From Candidatus Omnitrophota bacterium (GTDB lineage Bacteria > Omnitrophota > Gorgyraeia > 2-01-FULL-45-10), in contig JAPLME010000004.1 in assembly GCA_026387175.1 (NCBI GenBank), forward strand, positions 447 to 64,446: 64,000 bases of DNA. Reading direction: 5' to 3'. How positions within the stretch are numbered: the stretch's first letter is position 1; each line of letters starts with the position of its first letter. Shown here one piece after another: positions 57,666-64,000 of this stretch. The notes under the pieces were generated by a model. That model did not search any database, was not told the DNA's origin, and saw only the letters and a program-made list of their open reading frames with translations. Both the position numbers and the translations under genes were made by a program.

Positions 57666-58902
57666 GAGAGTGGTTGTTACGGGAATAGGTATCATATCTT
57701 CAATAGGTACCGGCAAGGACGTGTTCTGGCAATCGCTAAGGGCCGGTAAGTCCGGAATAAGGCCGATCACATTATTCGATACCTCGACAACCAGAGCCAA
57801 AACAGCCGGAGAGATAACCGATTTCAAAGCGGAGAGTTTCTTGGGCGAAAGAGGATTAAGGACATTCGACAGGGTTACAAAACTGGTCCTGTCAGCGGCA
57901 AAGCTTGCGCTTGACGATACTGGTTTTAAATATCCGCTGGATGAGGATCTGTCGGTAAGGACAGGCGTATCTCTCGGGTCCACTCTCGGCAGTGTATGGT
58001 CCATAAGCGAATTTGATAAACAGGGATTAAGGGAAGGGCCAAGCACGGTGAATCCTGCGTTATTTCCAAATACTGTTATAAATGCCCCCGCAAGCCAGAT
58101 ATCTATTAAATATAATATAAAAGGCTTTAATACCACTATATCGACAGGATTTGCCTCAAGCTTAGACGCAATTGATTACGCGGCTAATTTCATTAAGTTA
58201 TATGACTATGACGTTGTCCTGGCGGGCGGGGTTGAAGAATTGTGTTTGCAGACATTCCTTGGGTTTCATAAGATAGGCCATCTGGCCGGCTCAAGAGAAG
58301 GTAAGGCGGAAGTGAATTGTCCTTTCGATAAGAGACGAAACGGCATAATCCTCGGAGAAGGCGCCTGTATATTTATACTGGAGGAGATGGAGCATGCCAG
58401 GAAAAGAGGCGCCAATATTTATGCCGAGATTTTAGGATACGGCGCGAGTTTTGATCCTAAGAGTAAGAATGTATACAGCCCTAAGGCTGATGGCGCGACA
58501 AGGGCGATAAAGCTTGCGCTGGAGGAATCCGGCACCGCGCCCGATGAGATCGATTATATATCGGCATGCGCTAACTCTACACTCGATTGCGATGTGATGG
58601 AGACGCGCGCGGTCAATCGTGTCTTTAGCGATAATGCGAAGAAGATACCGGTAAGCTCTATTAAATCCATGATAGGCGACACCTTCAGCGCGAGCGGCGC
58701 GATGAACGTCGCCGCTTCGATAGGCGCGATAAAAGAAAACTTCATACCGCCCACGATCAATTACGAGGTAAAGGATATACGATGTGACTTGGACTACGTG
58801 CCGAATAACTCTAGAGACAAAAAAGTAGCGAAAGTCCTGATAAACTCATTTACGCCCACGGGCGCGAACTCGAGCCTGGTAGTGGGAAAGGTCGCGGGAT
58901 AG
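57652..58902 (+). CDS. Ketosynthase-fold protein lacking the Cys-His-His triad (chain-length-factor / KS-beta-like partner)
   Basis: Thiolase/KAS fold throughout. The active-site TACxxG is replaced by STGFAS. HGTGT is replaced by CANST. The second His (GHT) is replaced by GDT. TTG start overlaps the FabZ-like gene. Confidence 0.8.
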   Translation: MPANKRVVVTGIGIISSIGTGKDVFWQSLRAGKSGIRPITLFDTSTTRAKTAGEITDFKAESFLGERGLRTFDRVTKLVLSAAKLALDDTGFKYPLDEDLSVRTGVSLGSTLGSVWSISEFDKQGLREGPSTVNPALFPNTVINAPASQISIKYNIKGFNTTISTGFASSLDAIDYAANFIKLYDYDVVLAGGVEELCLQTFLGFHKIGHLAGSREGKAEVNCPFDKRRNGIILGEGACIFILEEMEHARKRGANIYAEILGYGASFDPKSKNVYSPKADGATRAIKLALEESGTAPDEIDYISACANSTLDCDVMETRAVNRVFSDNAKKIPVSSIKSMIGDTFSASGAMNVAASIGAIKENFIPPTINYEVKDIRCDLDYVPNNSRDKKVAKVLINSFTPTGANSSLVVGKVAG

Positions 58903-58906
58903 AGAC

Positions 58907-60010
58907 ATGAGAAATGTTTTCATCACAGGCGCGACGGGATTTTTGGGTAGCTACTTATTGAAACGTATACTGGATGACGGTGATACGCGGCCGATTGTTC
59001 TGGCGAGGGGCAAAAAGACAGGATCGGCAGCCGAGAGAGTTAAAAATATAGCGAAATATTTTTACGGTGGCAATTACGCTACGGCACTTAAAAGGATCAG
59101 GGTGGTAGAGGGCGAGGTAGATAAAGAATTTCTCGGTATAGATAATGCGATTAGGAAGCCTCTCATTAAAGAGGTAGATGAGATTTATCATTCAGCGGCT
59201 ATAGCCGAGTTTCGCATACCGCTCGATAGGATACGAAGATCAAATGTTATCGGCACTGAAAATGTCCTTAAATTCGCGATGGAATGTAAGGCTTCCGGCC
59301 ATATGAAAAAACTGAATCATATAAGCACAACGTTTGTTGCCGGCAAAAAAAGCGGCGTATTTTATGAAAAGGATCTTGATGTTGGGCAGAAATTCAATAA
59401 TACATACGAGCAGAGTAAATTTGAGGCGGAAATCCTGGTGCATAAGTATATGAAAAAAGGACTTACCGCGGCCATATTCCGGCCCAGCATACTAACCGGC
59501 GATTACGTTGCAGGGAGAACTTCAAATTTTAAAATGCTTTATCAACCTCTGCGGTTCTTTGTTAGAGAGCTTTTTGATGCTATTCCGGCTGATAGATCGA
59601 CGTGTTTTAATATGATACCCGTAGATTTTACGGCGGAAGCTATTTGCGCTATCACCAAAGAGAATGAGTCCATAGGCGGAACGTATCACATAGCGAATAC
59701 GCGTATAATGCCATTGGGCAGCTTTATTGATGTAGCCAGTGATTTCTTTGGTTTTAAAAAGCCGGAATTCGTTCCCTTAAAAGACTTTAGCATGAATACG
59801 CTTACGACAGTTCAGAAAAACCTTATAGAGCCATATATTCCGTATTTTAATTACAAGACTATATTTGATTCAGTAAATACGATGGATATGCTAGAAGAAA
59901 AGGGCTTTCAGTGTCCGATTGTTGATACAGATTTTCTGGTTAAGCTATTTAAGTTTTGCGATGAGACTGGATTTATGAAAAGAAAGAAGCGATATGTTAC
60001 TGCAGGGTAA
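58907..60010 (+). CDS. Thioester-reductase-type (NAD_binding_4 / fatty acyl reductase-like) SDR protein
   Basis: ITGATGFLGSYLL Rossmann motif, catalytic YEQSK (YxxxK). ~370 aa with the C-terminal substrate domain typical of terminal R domains and acyl-ACP/CoA reductases. Confidence 0.75.
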   Translation: MRNVFITGATGFLGSYLLKRILDDGDTRPIVLARGKKTGSAAERVKNIAKYFYGGNYATALKRIRVVEGEVDKEFLGIDNAIRKPLIKEVDEIYHSAAIAEFRIPLDRIRRSNVIGTENVLKFAMECKASGHMKKLNHISTTFVAGKKSGVFYEKDLDVGQKFNNTYEQSKFEAEILVHKYMKKGLTAAIFRPSILTGDYVAGRTSNFKMLYQPLRFFVRELFDAIPADRSTCFNMIPVDFTAEAICAITKENESIGGTYHIANTRIMPLGSFIDVASDFFGFKKPEFVPLKDFSMNTLTTVQKNLIEPYIPYFNYKTIFDSVNTMDMLEEKGFQCPIVDTDFLVKLFKFCDETGFMKRKKRYVTAG

Positions 60011-60731
60011 AGTCGTAATAGTTACGGGCGGCACCCGCGGTATTGGCAGGGCTACTGTTTTTGAGTTCATCCAAAGTGGGGCCAAAGTGGTTTTTACATA
60101 TTTAAAGAGTGATGAATCAGCCGGAATAATATTGGATGAGATAAAGGAGATGGGTGGTGAGGCTGTGGCATTAAAGGCTGATACTCGCGATTACAAAGAA
60201 GCGAAAAGGGTTATTGAGGAAACAATTAATAAGTTTGGCACGGTCGATATCCTGGTCAACAACGCGGGGATAATTAAAGATAAAGCGCTTATGATGATGG
60301 ATCCTACAGAATGGCAAGAGGTTATCGACACTAATCTTACCGGTTATTTTAATATGGCAAAGGCATGCATCGTCACTATGCTGAAGCAGAAAAGCGGTAA
60401 CATTGTAAACATATCTTCTATCGCCGGTGTTGTGGGCACGCCGCGCCAGGTAAATTATTCGAGTGCTAAGGCCGGTATAATAGGTCTCACGAAGTCACTT
60501 GCAAAGGAAGTGGGCCCGTATAATATCAGGGTAAACGCTGTGGCGCCCGGCTATATCGAGACAGACATGACTAAAGATTTGAAGCAGAAAGAGAATCTTT
60601 TGAAGATGATACCCTCCGCAAGGTTCGGAAGGCCGGAAGATGTCGCAAAAGTTGTTTTATTTTTAGCAAGCAGCAAGGCAGGTTATATAACCGGACAAGT
60701 TATTAAAGTTGATGGCGGTTTAGCAATCTAA
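59994..60731 (+). CDS. 3-oxoacyl-ACP reductase (FabG-like ketoreductase)
   Basis: TGGTRGIGRA cofactor motif. NAG, S...YSSAK (S-Y-K triad). ~245 aa classical SDR. Confidence 0.88.
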   Translation: MLLQGKVVIVTGGTRGIGRATVFEFIQSGAKVVFTYLKSDESAGIILDEIKEMGGEAVALKADTRDYKEAKRVIEETINKFGTVDILVNNAGIIKDKALMMMDPTEWQEVIDTNLTGYFNMAKACIVTMLKQKSGNIVNISSIAGVVGTPRQVNYSSAKAGIIGLTKSLAKEVGPYNIRVNAVAPGYIETDMTKDLKQKENLLKMIPSARFGRPEDVAKVVLFLASSKAGYITGQVIKVDGGLAI

Positions 60732-60755
60732 TTTTAAATTAAGGAGACAGTATAA

Positions 60756-61010
60756 ATGGCTATTCAATCCGAAAATATTGAAAAAGAGATGCGCTCGCTT
60801 GTAGCTGAGATACTTGAGATACAAGAAGACAAGATAAAGCCGAGTATGAAATTTGTTGAGGAGCTCGGCATGGACTCTATGATGGCTCTTGAAATTCTTG
60901 CTTCGGCTGAGAAGAAATATAAGATTAAAATACCGGAAGAACATCTTACGAAAGTGACGACGCTTAAGAACCTGATCGAGGTAGTGCAGAATATCATGGA
61001 GAAGAAGTAA
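60756..61010 (+). CDS. Dedicated acyl carrier protein
   Basis: 84 aa. Phosphopantetheine attachment site LGMDSMMALE (DS motif). Acidic helix II. Confidence 0.85.
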   Translation: MAIQSENIEKEMRSLVAEILEIQEDKIKPSMKFVEELGMDSMMALEILASAEKKYKIKIPEEHLTKVTTLKNLIEVVQNIMEKK

Positions 61011-61015
61011 AACGC

Positions 61016-62227
61016 GTGCACAATAACAGAGTGGTGGTAACAGGTTTAGGGGTTGTAAGTTCTATCGGAATCGGCAAGGATAAATTTTGGAATAATCTAA
61101 TAGCTGGTAAATCGGGGGTAAGCAAGGTAGAGTCTTTTGACACCTCAAAATATGAAAATCATATGGGTGGGGAAATAAAAGATTTTGACCCGAATGATTT
61201 TATTAAAAAAGATAAAATCAAGAGATTGGGACGCGGATCTCAATTTGCTATTGCGGCAACGAAACTAGCCCTTTCTGATTCAGGAGTAGAATTCGAAAAG
61301 ATAGATAAGAATAGAATTGGTGCGATAATTGGCACAACAATGGCAGATTCTCAGAGACTGGAAGAGATGGATAAGACGTGGGTTGAAAGTAGCGAGAAAG
61401 ATGTGGATGCGAAATTGATACCGCAGTATCCCGGAAGCATTATCGCATCGAGCATAGGATTTGAGCTGGGTGTTCAAAATCTTGTATATTCTATACCGAC
61501 TGCCTGCTCAGCAGGTAATTATTGCATAGGGTATTCTTATGATATGATCAGGACAGGGAAAGCAGACTTTATGTTGGCAGGCGGCTCGGATTCTTTTTCA
61601 AGAGTTGCTTTTACTGGATTTAATCGCCTCTTTGCTGTGGCCCCAGAAAAGTGCCAGCCATTTGATAGGAATAGAAAAGGTATGATGGTCGGAGAGGGAT
61701 CCGGAGTTTTAGTTTTAGAATCATTAGATAGTGCGCGGAAAAGAAGAGCAAATATATATGCGGAAGTATTGGGATATGCCTTGAGCTGCGATGCTCATCA
61801 CATGACGGCTCCTTCGGTTGAAGGTATTTCACGTGTTATGAAGAAAGCGATAAAGAATGCGGATATTCATTCAGAAGATGTCGATTATATCTCGGCACAT
61901 GGAACGGGAACGCCGGCGAACGATAAGGCAGAGTGCGCGGCAGTGAAAGAAGTATTTGGCGATGGGTATAAAGAGGTGCCCGTTAGCTCTATTAAATCTA
62001 TGCTTGGCCATACAATGGGCGCCGCAAGCGCTATAGAAGCAATTACATGTTGCCTTGCGATAAAAGAAGGATCTATTCCGCCTACGATAAATTATGAAAC
62101 ATCGGATCCGGAGTGTGATATCGATTGCGTTCCCAACATTGCGAAAAAAAAGACCGTGCGAATCGCGCTGAATAACTCTCTTGCTTTCGGTGGGAACGAT
62201 GCATGCCTTGTACTGGGAAAGCTATAA
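61016..62227 (+). CDS. Beta-ketoacyl-ACP synthase (active KS, FabF-like)
   Basis: Active-site Cys in PTACSAGN. His in SAHGTGT. His in GHTMGAA. ~400 aa. Confidence 0.88.
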   Translation: MHNNRVVVTGLGVVSSIGIGKDKFWNNLIAGKSGVSKVESFDTSKYENHMGGEIKDFDPNDFIKKDKIKRLGRGSQFAIAATKLALSDSGVEFEKIDKNRIGAIIGTTMADSQRLEEMDKTWVESSEKDVDAKLIPQYPGSIIASSIGFELGVQNLVYSIPTACSAGNYCIGYSYDMIRTGKADFMLAGGSDSFSRVAFTGFNRLFAVAPEKCQPFDRNRKGMMVGEGSGVLVLESLDSARKRRANIYAEVLGYALSCDAHHMTAPSVEGISRVMKKAIKNADIHSEDVDYISAHGTGTPANDKAECAAVKEVFGDGYKEVPVSSIKSMLGHTMGAASAIEAITCCLAIKEGSIPPTINYETSDPECDIDCVPNIAKKKTVRIALNNSLAFGGNDACLVLGKL

Positions 62228-62230
62228 GAA

Positions 62231-63631
62231 ATGAAAAATAAATACGATGCGATTATAATCGGTGCTGGGATAAGCGGTCTTATTTGTGGAACATATCTTG
62301 CGAAAAATGGCCTAAAGGTGTTAATGCTGGAGAAAAATAAAAATGCTGGAGGTTGTTGTGCATCTTTTTATAGGAAAGGCATAAAATTTGACGCGGGCGC
62401 ACACATTATAGGAGAATGCGGTAAGGGTGGGATGTTGCGCACAATATTAACTTATCTTGGCGTTAATCAAAAATTTTATCAACCAAAATTTACTGATCGC
62501 ATATTTTTTCCAGAGGATATCGTTGAAATACCTAACGATTTAGCTGGGTATGCAGCTTTATTACAGCAAAAATTTAAAAAAGAGCGGAATAATATATCGC
62601 GATTTTTTAATAAATTCATCAGTTGTTCAAATATCGCAAATATAGCGCTGATTCAAAAAAATTATTCCGGCATTACCTACCAAGAATTGTTAAATAAATA
62701 TTTTATAAGTAACAGGTTGAAAGCGATTTTATCGGCTCAAAGCGGCTATTTAGGAGTAGCACCAAATAAAGTCAACGCGGCAGCTATGTGCGCAATGTTG
62801 TCCAGTTATTTGGCAAAGGGAGCATATTATCCGGTCGGGGGGTCTCAATCTTTTGCAGATAATATTATGAAAAGATTTATTTATTATGGTGGAGAGCTAA
62901 AGCTTGCATCACGCGTAAGTAGGATACTGCTAAGTAATGGTGCGGCTGAAGGCGTTGCAGTGAATGAAAAAGAAATCTTTAAAACAAATAAAATAGTCTC
63001 AAGCATAGATTTGCATACTACTTTATTCGAACTCCTAAAAAATGAAAAAATAAAATCTCAAGTTAAGACACGCTTAACTTTATCTAAAGAAACACCGTCA
63101 TTATTTGTTCTGTATTTAGGGGTAGCCGCTGATACAAAGTTAATAGAAAGAAGTGTCGGTTGGCATTACGCGCATTATGAAATAAATAAGTTTGAGTTTG
63201 ATGATTGTGTATATATAACGGCACCTACTTTATATGATAGCTCCTTGTCGCCAAAAGGTATACATGCTGTTCAACTATTTATAAAATCACGTTATGATTT
63301 TAATAGTATGCGGAATTGGCATGCTGCGAAAGACATCTTTATAAAAGAAGCGTTATTAAAACTTGATATGTTAATTCCAGGGGTGAAGGAAAAGATTACA
63401 GTTATTGAAAGCGCTTCTCCGGAAACTATCCGGCGATTTACAAATAATAAAAATGGAGCCGCTTATGGATGGATGCTTACAACGGGGCAATATGAACGAA
63501 ATAAAATAATTGCGCAAAATGTCAATGATGGTTTATTTTTAACAGGGCATTGGACAAACCCTGGCGGGGGTATAGTCGCTGTAGGTATTTCAGGATGCGC
63601 TGCGGCAAAAAAAATATTGAAAAGTTTATGA
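62231..63631 (+). CDS. CrtI/phytoene-desaturase-family FAD-dependent oxidoreductase
   Basis: N-terminal dinucleotide fold AIIIGAGISGLICGTYLAKNG...LEKNKNAGG. C-terminal HWTNPGGGIVAVGISG typical of the CrtI/amine oxidase family. Very low GC (~33 percent). Confidence 0.8.
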   Translation: MKNKYDAIIIGAGISGLICGTYLAKNGLKVLMLEKNKNAGGCCASFYRKGIKFDAGAHIIGECGKGGMLRTILTYLGVNQKFYQPKFTDRIFFPEDIVEIPNDLAGYAALLQQKFKKERNNISRFFNKFISCSNIANIALIQKNYSGITYQELLNKYFISNRLKAILSAQSGYLGVAPNKVNAAAMCAMLSSYLAKGAYYPVGGSQSFADNIMKRFIYYGGELKLASRVSRILLSNGAAEGVAVNEKEIFKTNKIVSSIDLHTTLFELLKNEKIKSQVKTRLTLSKETPSLFVLYLGVAADTKLIERSVGWHYAHYEINKFEFDDCVYITAPTLYDSSLSPKGIHAVQLFIKSRYDFNSMRNWHAAKDIFIKEALLKLDMLIPGVKEKITVIESASPETIRRFTNNKNGAAYGWMLTTGQYERNKIIAQNVNDGLFLTGHWTNPGGGIVAVGISGCAAAKKILKSL

Positions 63632-64000
63632 AAAATTCGATACTTGCAATAATTAAACATCGAAGAACTATCAGGACTTTTAATAATCGAAAAGTTACTA
63701 AAAATGTGCTTAAGAATATTTTAGAAGCTGGCAGATGGGCGCCCTGTCCTAATAATGTGCAACCATGGATTTTTTATGTCACAAAAAGAAATAATTTTTA
63801 TACTCAAAAAATCATAAAAATTATTCAAAAAGAATCAAAAAACGAAAGTATCGGGGTTTCCGTTTTTTTAAATGACTCGATCAAAATTTTTAAATCCGCA
63901 CCAATCATGATTTATATATTTAAAAAATGTATTTTAGCAAAAAGATACGCTGTTTTAGGGCCCTCTTATCAACAAAAAGGGGAGTTGTTTGAGCATCAAG
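63628..64000 (+). CDS. Nitroreductase-family protein (partial, runs off the window end)
   Basis: MKNSILAIIKHRRTIRTFNNRKVTKNVLKNILEAGRWAPCPNNVQPW matches the nitroreductase N-terminus (RRxxR, then AxxAPS-like). ATGA overlap with the upstream gene. Confidence 0.65.
   Translation, partial: MKNSILAIIKHRRTIRTFNNRKVTKNVLKNILEAGRWAPCPNNVQPWIFYVTKRNNFYTQKIIKIIQKESKNESIGVSVFLNDSIKIFKSAPIMIYIFKKCILAKRYAVLGPSYQQKGELFEHQ

Overview
This window holds the 3' part of an rRNA operon, a long + strand run of housekeeping genes, a complete type IVa pilus locus with an unusually rich c-di-GMP layer, and a low-GC FAS/type II PKS-like cluster that runs off the right edge.

- **rRNA operon:** tRNA-Ile(GAU), tRNA-Ala(UGC), 23S and 5S. 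The 16S gene lies upstream of the window.
- **Small genes after the rRNA operon:** a run of small zinc-ribbon, receiver-domain, YHS/TRASH and PilZ genes.
- **Housekeeping block:** EF-G paralog, yebC-ruvCAB, queH, spoIID-like, a TIGR03960-like radical SAM gene, rng, rplU-rpmA-obg-proBA-nadD, rsfS, argS, a compact mfd-like gene, surA-surA-pdxA-rsmA, gatCAB, ctpA, tsaD, mgtC and larBC.
- **Type IVa pilus locus (16.4-29.1 kb):** pilT, a stand-alone MshEN-like domain protein, two tandem PilB ATPases, pilC, a major pilin, a mini-pilin and pilMNOPQ. It is preceded by a degenerate GGDEF protein. It sits between the radical SAM gene and what are normally its partners, a DUF2344 fragment and rng.
- **Compositionally distinct region (~54.9 kb onward):** lower GC and different codon usage. 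It holds a FadL-like outer-membrane channel, two paralogous consensus promoters and a small excisionase-family HTH gene.
- **FAS/type II PKS-like cluster:** a tightly packed + strand operon of a FabZ-like dehydratase, a catalytically dead KS (CLF-like), a thioester reductase, FabG, a dedicated ACP, an active KS, a CrtI-family flavin oxidoreductase and a nitroreductase.
- **Best candidate for an undescribed system:** I take the FAS/type II PKS-like cluster as the most likely candidate.
- **Other observations:** a 52-bp tandem repeat with compensatory hairpin changes, an EF-G paralog with His to Tyr in switch II, lysine-rich tails on several proteins, and tiny unannotated zinc-ribbon and basic-peptide ORFs.

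Coordinates I derived by hand (features not taken from the ORF track) may be off by 1-2 nt.
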